Assembly (NCBI GenBank): GCA_973895155.1
Contig: OZ316896.1
Location: 15,686,576-15,750,575 of the forward strand
DNA length: 64,000 nucleotides
Direction of reading: 5' to 3'
DNA from: Marsupella aquatica
Taxonomy: Eukaryota > Plantae > Marchantiophyta
The position numbers were made by a program, and so were the translations under genes. Under the pieces are notes generated by a model, which searched no databases, was not told the DNA's origin, and saw only the letters and a list, made by a program, of their open reading frames with translations. Position 1 is the stretch's first letter. Each line of letters begins with the position of its first letter. Shown one piece after another: positions 52,781 through 64,000 of this stretch.

Positions 52781-53261
52781 TATGCAAAACATCATAAACT
52801 TACGAAATGTAAAGTCCAAATATAGTTCTATTCTATAAAACAAAATATAAGTGTATGCATATAATTTTGCTGTTAATTTCTTTCATATTTTTGGCCATTT
52901 GCGTAGAATCCACTTCTTGCATGGCCCTTTGTCAACACATTGCAATGAGGCTTAACTCTTTACTAGAGTCAATTTCACTACTAATGCCCATTTTTATTGT
53001 TGTTCGGGTTCCTAGGACGAATGAATAGCTAGATAGGAGACCTCATTCTCTCTTATTTTCCACTCACACATCCAACCAGAGAGTTTTATTTCCACCATGG
53101 GAAATATAACCTCAAAGGGTGACTATCACTCACCCTTTTTTCCGCTGTCATGATAATTCAATTATTCATGATGAAATCACTATCACTATCACTAAGTATA
53201 TTATTAAGTATATAGATTAGATTTATATTTTGTTACAGGGTAACTAAATAATTTGACTATT

Positions 53262-53580
53262 ACTTATGTGCATGCCAGGTAAGCAACTATGTTAACCACA
53301 AGATGCATATGCAAATTGTTTTATTTGTATGCAATAGTCATTTCATGTGCATGCAAGATGAGCATATATGCAAATTGTTTTATTTGCATGTATTAGTTTT
53401 TTTATGTGCATGCAAGGTAAGCAAATATGCAAGCCACAAGATGCATGCAATAATTGTTTTAGATGTATGAAAATTGTTTTATTTGCATGTATTAGTTGTT
53501 TTATGCGCATACAAGGTAAGCAAATATGCAAGCCACAAGGTGCATGCATGCACAAATTGTTTTAGGTGCATGCATTAGTT
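53262..53580. repeat. Degenerate array built from tgcatgca / aattgttttatttg units
   Basis: Repeated gtgcatgcaaggtaagcaaatatgcaagccacaag and atgcaaattgttttatttgcatgtattagtt. Confidence 0.8.
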
Positions 53581-53664
53581 GTTCACTTGCTTGTATTATT
53601 TGTTTTGATTGCAATAGTATTAGCACACATTCCTACGTTGGATGTGTGTCACTTGGCTTTCATC

Positions 53665-53738
53665 CAAGTATTTGGGCGTAATTCATGCCCTCTTGGATTC
53701 AGTATAAATAAAGTGATGAGGGACACTCTCTCCTCATT
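53665..53738 (+). promoter_or_regulatory. TATA-box block upstream of the decayed cassette
   Basis: catgccctcttgga..TATAAATAAAGTGAtGAGG..cactctctcctcatt (TATA at 53703-53710); homologous to 63906-63975 on the - strand. Confidence 0.6.
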
Positions 53739-53960
53739 CCCACATTTTAATAATTTTTGCGTCAAAGAGATCCTCTTTTATTCTTTCATCTTTTCTTTCT
53801 ATTATTTGCTTTATGTACATAGTAGTGAGACATCCTTTGGCCCGGATAGCTGAGGAATGAGTGGTAGACTTATAGATGAGATCTTAGAGAATAAGGTCTC
53901 TTTGGAAACATAGGGTGGGACATCATTTGGCCGGGATAACAAAAGAATAAGAGAATCATT

Positions 53961-54177
53961 ATGAATCCAAGAGAGAGAGATATCCCTAATTTTCTCATTC
54001 GTAACCCATTTTTGGTTAGAGTCCATCTTTTAGACAAGTCATCCATGAGGCAACATTTAATCTATCACTTTGGAGCTCAAATTTTTAACTGCTGTTATCA
54101 GTTCTAATGAGCCAATAGTATACCCAGTAGTGTCTTACCGAGAGGAGTGAGAGTGCATTATCTTTATCTTCTATTGA
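53961..54177 (+). pseudogene. Decayed copy of cassette ORF A
   Basis: ATG at 53961, a +1 frameshift in the T-run at ~54082-54086, and TGA at 54148 where ORF A has Trp. Ends IIFIFY* at the same position as ITIFILY*. Confidence 0.75.
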
Positions 54178-54181
54178 AGTC

Positions 54182-54390
54182 ATGGATCTAAATAAGAGTC
54201 TAGATGACATTCATATTTCATTTTCTCTTGGAGATATTAGGATCACATGTCATAGAAATATTAGTTTTTGAGAGGTGTTAATCCGCAAGTATGGTGAAGT
54301 AAGATTTAATAATATACTAGATTTACTTGAATTTTTCTTAATACCCACTACCCTTCTTACAAGAGTTAGATCATTTTGGTTTTAATGTAA
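54182..54390 (+). pseudogene. Decayed copy of cassette ORF B
   Basis: ATG lies 4 nt after the upstream stop. TGA at 54269 replaces the Arg of ORF B, and a frameshift near the 3' end is probable. Confidence 0.75.
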
Positions 54391-54429
54391 AACTTATGGA
54401 CATGCAAGGTTGACTTCATAAGAGCCAAC

Positions 54430-57400
54430 GTGTTCTTACCAAAAAACACGGTCATCCGAACACCGCTCAGAAGAAATCACACAAATCCGCTCCCGATCTC
54501 AACACGGCAAGCGCCTCCACAAGGTGTCCCCACTGACTCTCATTATGGCTAACTTTTCAAAGTTTCCTCCACTTTCCTCGCCGAGGACTTTAGAGTCGTC
54601 ATCTCCTATCACAACAAGGCAAGAGCTTGGTTTCTCTTTCAACCCCGACTTCAAGTTTCATCCCTCTGGTGTCAAATCATAACAAATTTGGCATACACGC
54701 TCATTGGATTTCACATACTCACTAGACAATGCTTCGAGACTGAGGCTTCAGCATGAGTCTTTATTACAAGGAATAGTACAAGTTTGGATCCCAACACCTC
54801 CCTTGACCCTCTCCTTGGTGTCTACCTAGTGGACTAGTTCACTATCCATCCTCCCAAGTATCTCAAGCCAATGTTGTTGCCCTCTGAAATAAGAGTCGTA
54901 GCCTCCAAACTTTCAACCTTACTAGGGAGGATAGAAATAAACAAGTGAGGAGGCAGTCCCCTGCTTCTCCTCTTTATCTCTCACACAACACCCTAGGGAT
55001 CCAAGCCAAGCCACACCACACCAAACCAAACCTAGGGTGCTAACTCTGAAGATTAGTGATCACTGAAAAATCTAACCCAAGTATAACCATCAGCTTACTA
55101 AACTTAACTCTGGTTAAGTTTGTACTTTAATTGCAAGTCAAAACCCTTCAACTATTATAACTCCAACTCTAGTGGTCACTCAGGACATAGTAGCAAGATA
55201 CTCTTTTTGTGATGCGACTAACTAGGGTACCCCTTGGTAACTCTTACAACCACCAGAGTTACAAACTATCCATGAAATAATATTTATCATGGAAAAAACT
55301 CTAAGTTTGGTCTACAACCGAGTGTCAGTACGCCATTGAGTTTTGGGTTATTGCTAAGTCTCGGGTTTTGCCACTGAGACTCAGGTTACCATAGAAGTAC
55401 AAGTCAGCCTTGAACACTCAATTACAGTAGACTTACCCGGAGAATACTTTCGCTTGAGTTTGTTTCTGGTAGATTGTTGACATTAGCATTTAGTCTATGA
55501 CTGTTTGTAAATGAATAACTTACCTACCTAACAGCAGCACTATCACCTACCGGCATCCACCAAGTGATTGGCTTCATAATAGTCCGACATCTTATTACAA
55601 ATTATAGTATTTTTAAGGCCTATATAGAAACTATTTAATACATTTCATTCAAATTAAAAATAGCCTTCCAGGCCTCCATGAAGTTGAGGCACCCTTGCTA
55701 GGTCCTCCCTTACTCGCCTTGGTTGCTCACCCAGCTTCGACTAGACCTCAAAGTCCTCCAAATGGCCCATAATGGATGCTGCCACGAGTTTAAGTACACT
55801 TGTTGAGATCTCCTTAAACGAAGAGCCAAGAATGCTCCCCTGGTAGCCCACTCAAATTCCCTAGCATACAATAGGTTGCTTGTTCAAACTTGGTCGCCTC
55901 CCTTGCCATCAGTATTTTGCAATGGTACTAAGCTCCGCAAAGCAACACACACAGTAGCCCGATGTTGTGCGAAGCGGTAAGATCGTCCTAGCACAAAGAA
56001 GTGTGATACAAGCTACACAAGACAGCTCAATGCTTCTTCTTTTTTCTATTTTTTTCTTCAACAACAATCTCTTCAGCAACGCAACTCTATCTCAATGTCA
56101 GTTGCAAAGCTCAGCGGCTCCATCAATTTAACAAATCTCCATTGATTTCAGCAGCATAGCTGCTCTCAATTCAATAGCTTATCACATTTATTCAGCAGCA
56201 TAGCTACTCCTTCAGTGTAGCTCTCCGGTAGCATAAAAGCCTAGTTTAGCAGCACACTCAGCTCAACAACACTCTTATTCAGCAAAATTCTTCATTTTAA
56301 CAGCTCAACTCCATCTCAATGTCAGTTGCTCTATTTAGGTTCAACAACATAGTTGCTTCTTTTCAATAGCGTAGCAAGAAAGAAGTAGCACGATGCTACT
56401 AGTGGTGGCCCTCCTACCACGTGCCCGTCCAAACTCGTTTCTCAGCCTTGAAACAAGTCAAACCTTGCACTAACACGGAATGTTGGGGCAAGTTCTCCCC
56501 GACTATACTCCTTGTCGTTAGTGACCCCTCCCATACAAAGTTGCACTTGCCCTCGTCAGCACAACCGTCGCTCAACGGTCTTTGCTATCTGCACAAGCAA
56601 CCAACCAACCGGTAAGAACTCGTCTTGATCTCGGAACTCCCAAGACCATTGTCTTGCATCAAGCTCAACAGTCGTTAGTAAGTAGGTCAGTGGATAGAGC
56701 CCCCCAGGCCCGCATGGCCTCGCCATAAGCTGAAACTAAGGTCGACATCATTGTTCATCCGGAACAGTCTATCTATCGGATGTCGCCCAAGCTTTCCCAC
56801 TTTCTACCCGTCAATGGCTGACCGCCCTGCCTCCAGGACATGCCCATGGCCCAAAATCAGTTTGTCACAAACTAGTAGTAACACGCCGGGACCATTCAGT
56901 TTCTAGATCTTAGCCACCTCTCTGTGAAACCGGGTTCCGCTCAACCTCTCACCATGCATCGGGACCAGATCTCAATGGCAGCCCCCAGAGTCTACTTGGT
57001 TCTACCTCTCCAACATCAGGTCCCCGTGGGAACCAAATGCGGTTTGGTCACTGTTCGACTTTGGATCGGCAAGAGGGACTCCCCCCATTGCAAGCCTCAA
57101 AACCAAAATCATCCAATGCACAATCAGAGAGCACCATGAGGTAGTTTTCTTCATTAGCTTTCCAACGAGCCCAAGAACTCCCCCAACGGAGATCCGATCG
57201 TCGAGTTATGTTTGTTTCCGCTTCAAAACTTGAAACGACGTATCTTCGTTGATCGCGATCAGCTCGAGCTCAAACTTGAGAGGACCACTCCCCTCACATA
57301 TGCTTCTGGGGACCTGCCACCCCCGGACCAGCTTTGGTCCCCTATCTTTGGCCCCCTACCCGAGGGTCCGTGGGCCCCGCCAATTAACTCAAAACGAAGA

Positions 57401-58750
57401 TAATTGAAAACCTTTCGTAACTTGGCCTCGAGCGAAAATTGTGGCATAAGGGGCTAAAAGTTACGGCCCTAACCCCGCTCTGGTCCAGGCAACCCCTTCT
57501 TGGTCCATCGATGCGCGGCGACTCTAATCGAGTCTAAATCGGCCATAACTTTTGGCCCCAAGGTTCGTTGGCCAAAAAATATGCGGCCCCATGATTGGGC
57601 TCATGTGGGGCTTCTTAGGCCCCTATGGTGATCCATTGGAAAAATAGTTCATTTTTCCGTGATCGGCAATGGGCCCAAACTACAAGTATGCGGCTTGAGT
57701 CGGCCATAACTTTTGGCCCCTGGGTCCGTTGGCCGAGAAATATGCAGCCCCATGATTGGGCTCATGTGGGGCTTCTTGGGTCTATATGGTGATTCGTTGG
57801 AAAAATAGTTCATTTTTCCATGATCGGCAACGGGCCCAAACTACAAGCATGCAGCTTGAGTCGATCATAACTTTTGGCCCTTGGGTCCGTTGGCCGAGAA
57901 ATATGCGGTCCCATGATCGGGCTCATGTGGGGCTTCTTGGGCCCCTATGGTGATCCGTTGGAAAAATAGTTCATTTTTCCATGATCGGAAACAGACCCAA
58001 ATTACAAGCATGCAGCTTGAGTCGGTCATAACTTTTGGCCCCTGGGTCCGTTGGCCGAGAAATATGTGGCCCCATGATCGGGCTCATGTGGGGCTTCTCG
58101 GGCCCCTATGGTGATCCGTCAGAAAAATAGTTCATATTTCCGTGATCGGCAATGGGCCCAATAAAGTTAATTGGAGCGCGCTTTTCTCAAGTCTTGTCCT
58201 TGCTCTTACTAGTATCCTCTTTGTTAGTCGCATCCCTAATGGCCATGATGGTAGAAAATCTAAGAGGGGCTCAACGCTGGAGTTAGGCAACGCCGGAGCA
58301 ACTACGAGTGGGTGAAAGTTGTATTCGCGACTCTACTTCAGCATCACCTCTTGGCTTCAGCTTTCTCCTTCAGTAGCGTCCTTCAACTCAGTAGTGCAAT
58401 CAACAATCTCAATTCAACAGCATACGTACATTGACTCTGAATGTAACAGAGGCATTGATAGCTCCAAGGGAGCTGAAATTTCCCTATCTCGAAAGCTTTT
58501 TGAGCACCACAGATTTTCTCCTGATAACAAGCTTCAATTCTTTATCCCTCCCTTCCTTACATTCAACAAATTCATGTGTTTTCCCATCTTTCACGAGTCA
58601 ACCCTTCTTGTCGTTATGGAAAATTTCTCTTCCCCTTCAATCGCATCAGCTAATCTCCTTGAATTGCTATTTGAAATTGTTGTCTTTCTTTCACAGGTTA
58701 CGTAATTACCTCTTGTATTTTTTGTCCTTATTAGAAGGGTTCATGTGATG
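54430..58750. mobile_element. Probable degraded transposable-element sequence (unclassified)
   Basis: No recognisable coding capacity, internal repeats (ttcagcagcatagct, tctcaatgtcagttgc) and an embedded 161-bp array. No diagnostic termini or domains were found. Confidence 0.3.
57540..58160. repeat. GC-rich satellite-like array, 161-bp unit x~3.9
   Basis: The unit start cggccataacttttggccc (with variants) lies at 57540, 57701, 57862 and 58023, exactly 161 bp apart. Confidence 0.95.
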
Positions 58751-61700
58751 ATACCTGACCTTCCCTGTTAACTCTTCTAACACTTCTTTCTTGTACTCAA
58801 AATTTGTAACTCACTTTTACGGTATTCAATTTCAATATACTAGTAAGGAAACCCCCTATTCATAAATTACTCACTCCATGCTCCAATCTTCGTTTAAGCT
58901 ACAATTTGATGATTGAGTTTTTTACACATAAATCTACATAATTTGTGAGTTCTCAGGTTCATATCTATCATGAGACTTTTCTATAATTTTTCTAAATGAA
59001 CTATTTCTTAATTGTGTTGTAGGTACTTAAGCTATAGTTCACCCCAAAATTTTTGTAACCTATTTTAATCTCATTAAATCTGTCTCGACACTCACAACCC
59101 AGTTGTTTCATCTTTCTACTACCTAACATGCATATTTTCTCACTCTATAGTTATGTTTAATTTTACTTGTGATTACTTCTAACTATAATTAATTTATTTT
59201 TAACTAATTATAATTAAAAATAATTATTCTAGTTAACCACTACTACCTAATTCGACATACACCCTTTAACTTTGATTTTCTATTTAACATATTTTAACTT
59301 TAATTTTCTATTTAACATACTTTAACTTTGATTTTCTATTTAAAAGATTCACCTTTTTTTGTTTGCTATCAAAAAATTATTCAAATTTTATATAGCTAGT
59401 TATATGAGTATAATGCCCCTCAAAACTTGGATTGCCTCATTTTGGGGGACATTATATGTCACAATGCCCTATAACATTATCCTATTTAAGAAGCTAATTG
59501 AATTATTCTTCAATATTAAATGACTCAAATCTTGCAGTGAAGGTTAAACTTCCACCAGCCATACAAAAGAGGAGAAAGTGTCAAAGACTTCTTCCTTTTT
59601 TACTTTTATTTCATTCTTCTTTTCTCGGGTGTTATATTGCTCCAAAAATTTAGGAAAATATACTATGTATGATGTCACAAAAGATTTTGTCATTGCGAGT
59701 GATGATATTGTTAGTGGTGGTTTAAACCGCTACTAGCTAGGATAAAAATGGTATGAAATCTTGTTTCTAACTTTAGCGCATTCACAACACCTTTTTAGAG
59801 CCGATTGTAATTTGTACACATTTTTGGCGCAAGCATGTAAAACCCATGGAATCATAATACTAAAATTAAGTAAATATGAATGAAAAGAAAAAATATAATC
59901 TAAAAAACTAACACAAAAAATCTCCACTAACACAACATGTTCGAACAACAAACAAAGATCTTAATCCGGGATCCAATCATGGAACAATATCGATGATAAT
60001 ATGGATTAAAAAATACAACATAACCTAGAAACTAAAAGTGAAAATCAACATGTTCTTTGTGTGCTAGCTCCCAAGTGGACTGCACTGTTATTGAAAGGGT
60101 GTCATCTCCACAAAGCTAGCAATGTATGCTAGATAATTTGTAATACACACCTCTGTCTACGAGAAACTATTTGATTGTATGCCGATGCAACAAACATATG
60201 AAAAGCCTCAACTATTGCGAGAGAAAAAACCTAGACAAAGTTGAGGCTCTCAAAATTAGACTCATATATTGTCGAGCAAAAATCTGAGAACCTAGCAATT
60301 ATATTTGCATGTCTCATACATTAGAATTTTTTTATTTATGGTGGACCAATAGGCCACGACCAGCGGTATATGTCATCCCGATAGGAGATCAACTATGCTG
60401 GTCTCATTTGATGCTCAACGCTACAACATAGCCCAATTCAATATGTGCAATTAGTATATACCTAGAAAACTATATAATGATGCTAATTGAAGAAATATTT
60501 ATTTTTTCTTACATAGAAGTCGCAAAATTTTACGGGAAAGGGCCCAAAAATGCAACAAAGACGACCAGAAAGAGAAAGCCAGAGCCTGAAAAAACACTAC
60601 AAGACCGCTAAAGAACATAATACTTCTATTATAATTGTGACGGGTCATTGAAGAAAGATTAATTGAATCATTTATCATAATTTATATACTTTAGATGGTT
60701 AATTATTTTAATTATGATATGAACATTGTGTTCAGATAATTATATATACAGACAATAGACTAAGTATTATATTTTGAAAGGATCATAGAATAATTACATA
60801 GGAAAAATGAACATCAAATAGATAACACAAAACATTCAAAAGAAGAGGTCGGGCCACCTAAGACAATATAGATAAAGTTGAGAAAAAATCATTGACAACT
60901 TACAATACAAATTGACAAGGACTACTTGTTGTTCAATGCATTTTAGTTTAGAACAAAAGTTAGTCGTACACAAACTCTCATTTGGGTAAAAAAAATGGGT
61001 CAAATTTTAGTCATGAAAAAATTTGATTACATTAAATTTTTCCTTAAATTCAGGGTTTTAAGATGACTCAGTTGCACTTTAGGTCATTATTCTTGGTGGG
61101 ACACTTTTAACGCCAAAAGTGAATTACTGAAGCAAAATAATAGATATGAGAATGAAAAAAAAATATAAAATGATTTGCCAGAAGATATTTATTTGGCTTG
61201 AAAGAGTCCGACGTTACAATTCTTTCCATGTTTTAAAATATTTCATATTACTAGAAAAAATTATTGTTACTAGGAAAAATAATAATATAAAAATATTTCC
61301 TAAAAAGTCTTATTTTAAAAAAAAAAAAATTATAACATTTTTTTGCTAGTTATGAGTTCTCAGTTGGCTTGAAAGAACAAAATGTTGAAAAAAAAATAAA
61401 TAACAAAAACCAAACAACAGGTCCATATTGTGTGAACAACACACTAACATTAATAAAAAGATGTATATATATATATAAAGAAGGACCCAAGGGAACAAAA
61501 TCGACAATCATCAAAATGAAAAAACAAAAAAATATATAAAAACCAAGAATAACAATTGAGATAATAAGAATACATAAATATTTGGTTTAATAAGAATAAA
61601 ATAGCAAAAATATATACTTATAAAAATATATAATATATATATTTTATAATTTAAAATAATGTGTTAAAACTAAATTATATTTGATCATTTTGGGAAATCT

Positions 61701-63251
61701 TTTTAATTTACTCTATGATGAGGTGGATAAATGGGTTCAAATTATATTTTATATCACTAAATTTAGTTATTTTAATAGACACATTGTCTTCAATTCATAT
61801 TACTATAATTTTTTATTGTCATTTATTAAATCAAAATTTTTTCATCTTGCGATACTCCAAATTATTAGTTTAATACGTATTATAAAATTTATCGATATCA
61901 ATTCAAATCAAATAACATACATTAAGATGTCAGATATACTAAAGAGGAATGGATGGTTAATAATTTTCTTATTTCATGTCGTTCTTGATTTAAAAATCTA
62001 AAATATAATCTATGAACTTTGAGACAAACTCATTCACAATTTTAGATATCTTTCTATATGATCTTATTAACTAGACTGAGTTTTAGAATAAACTTTATGT
62101 TTAATATAAGATAAAAATAGAGTTAAGTCTTGATTTGGTGAACATTCAGGTTCTTAACCTTAGTAATATCAACAACTATGTCATTGAAAATATTGAAATG
62201 AGAGATATTAAAGAATTCTCATGATCACATGATTCTTATCTTATGATAAAAATCAAACATATCTTATACCATAAATTGACAATCTAGCAATGTTACGTTA
62301 AACTAGCATGTCTTCACCCTAAACTTTGACACATGAAATAGTCAAAACTCTTAAATTTCAATGTGTTTTAATAAAATTAGATCCATAAAAAGGATGCACA
62401 ATATCAATTATGAGTCCATCGAAATTGTAAATTTATATCTATGATTAGTGATAAGATCGTCATCTTCAAATCAAAGATCTCAACTAATGGTTATTTATTG
62501 GTGGCATAACTCTCCAAGAAATGAATCTTAAATTTGTTATGAAAATCAATGATATAATTATCCGATTCAATCTCAAATGTTGTCGACTCGTGTTGGGTCT
62601 ACATTTAATTTTTTTTTCTTTCGCGTTGTTATTGGCTAACTAAATTGATTTCCACACTTTCCGATTGCCCTTTTAAAAATATTATGATTTACTAATATCA
62701 AATGTTGATTGGTAAACATCGTATAATCTTTAAAAAGATATTGACATTTTGTGATACAAATTTATAATTTAGTTATATTTGTATAATGCAACGTCTGATT
62801 GCGAACAAAAATACTCGATCACAAGCACCAATATTCCTAAATCTAAAAACAATGGTACTTCAATATATACTCGTATTTTTAATTTTGAAATTTGCAATAC
62901 ATGTAAGATGTTATGGGACATAAATTAGTATGGATATAATTTGTTTTGGGGCTAAAATTTATCATGATGTTCTCTTAATATATGAAAATTTATTTATTTT
63001 AATATGTTATAGATTATATAAATAGTTTAGTAGTTAGATTATTATATTTAGATTTTAATAACTATTTTAGCTATAGTATACGAACTACAGTAGTTCCACC
63101 AACTACAATAATTTTAGTGACAGTTTCTTCACACTAGGTCTCGAATGAACGGTTTTATTCACACTAGGCCTCGAATCGGCCTATCTTCTTTCCACATAAC
63201 CCAAGTCAAGTCATAGATTGCAATTTCCAATGAATCCTACAATTAAATAAG

Positions 63252-63497
63252 TCAATTATAGAAAACAAAGACTATGATCTTAAAATTTACCATAGATGAT
63301 ATAATCACAGGCTCTGGCATCCTAAGCATAACATTGTATCTTTCATCTCCATACTTTCTAACTAAAATATCTCTATAATTAATCTTTTTACGACATATCA
63401 CTCTAATGTCAATAGATGAAGGAAAATTAGACACATTATTAAGAAGCCTATTCAAATCTAACTCCGATACATTTACGGGTTGTCTATTAAAATCCAT
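63252..63497 (-). CDS. Unknown 81-aa protein (cassette ORF B), paralog of ORF A
   Basis: Its ATG directly follows the TAG of ORF A. A decayed homolog at 54182-54390 aligns without gaps at about 19/50 identities (DIRVIC..ILVRKYGDERYN vs DIRITC..VLIRKYGEVRFN). Confidence 0.7.
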   Translation of the reverse strand: MDFNRQPVNVSELDLNRLLNNVSNFPSSIDIRVICRKKINYRDILVRKYGDERYNVMLRMPEPVIISSMVNFKIIVFVFYN

Positions 63498-63731
63498 CTA
63501 ATATAAAATAAAAATAGTTATATTCCATTCATTTCCATAAATAACATTCGGATATACAAATAGTGCGTTGCTATTCATAACTGTTTTCATTAACTCAAAC
63601 CCAAAATGATAAAGAAGATGCATTCTCATGGTATACTTGCTAAGACAATGAATTCTAATTAAGAAAGAATTGACAAATGGCACAGCAGGTGGAGGATAAA
63701 CTCTAGATACTCTATTTATCATATTATTCAT
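63498..63731 (-). CDS. Unknown 77-aa protein (cassette ORF A)
   Basis: Intact ATG-to-TAG ORF. A colinear decayed homolog at 53961-54177 shares 15/24 identities in the core (NSFLIRIHCLSKYTMRMHLLYHFG vs NPFLVRVHLLDKSSMRQHLIYHFG). Confidence 0.7.
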   Translation of the reverse strand: MNNMINRVSRVYPPPAVPFVNSFLIRIHCLSKYTMRMHLLYHFGFELMKTVMNSNALFVYPNVIYGNEWNITIFILY

Positions 63732-63905
63732 TACAAACACACTAAATTGATCTCAAGACTAATAAATATAAATCATAAAATAGTTCTAAGGCCAACAATC
63801 AAGTTAGTACCCAAGTATGGATGTAAATAATAAACAAGACATGTCCACAAGAGGGGAAGAGTTCCTTATAGTATTGCGAGTCCAATATGATAGATCAAAC
63901 AATAC

Positions 63906-63975
63906 AAATGAGAAGAGTGTGCTCCTCTTCACTTTATTTATAGTGCCCCTTTATGTTTTCCAAGAGGACATGGAT
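63906..63975 (-). promoter_or_regulatory. TATA-box block upstream of the intact cassette
   Basis: The - strand reads catgtcctcttgga..cTATAAATAAAGTGAaGAGGagcacactcttctcatt; TATA at 63942-63935, about 200 nt before the ORF A ATG. Confidence 0.6.
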
Positions 63976-64000
63976 CGATACCTTCACCCTTTTGGATGGA

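Noticed and set aside
53665-64000. A single element with the two cassettes as terminal inverted repeats
   Set aside because: The copies differ greatly in leader length and sequence, unlike TIR pairs; independent insertions of one family fit better, though the right end lies outside the window.

Overview
Eukaryotic nuclear DNA from a land plant, probably non-seed/bryophyte-like (an inference from gene style only). I could splice six intron-containing genes by hand: a GPI-anchored GDPDL/SHV3-like gene (-, 3021-9594), an uncharacterised probably organelle-targeted gene (-, ~19445-21685, 3' end uncertain), a bacterial-type NMT1/THI5-ThiY-like gene (+, 26147-28777), RPS11 (-, 30620-31955), a TLDc-domain gene (+, 35819-40151) and a LOG2/LUL RING E3 ligase (-, 43910-46256). 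Intergenic DNA holds a solo LTR with a 5-bp TSD, MITE-like foldbacks, a LINE remnant, a plastid ndhF fragment and many tandem duplications. The last ~16 kb has no recognisable host gene and becomes very AT-rich. The most novel signal is there: a TATA-preceded cassette of two abutting, mutually paralogous ~80-aa ORFs (-, 63252-63731). A second, decayed copy lies in the opposite orientation at 53961-54390 with the same promoter block, ORF order and stop position, suggesting an unrecognised mobile dicistronic micro-protein module. No database searches were run; all alignments are by eye.
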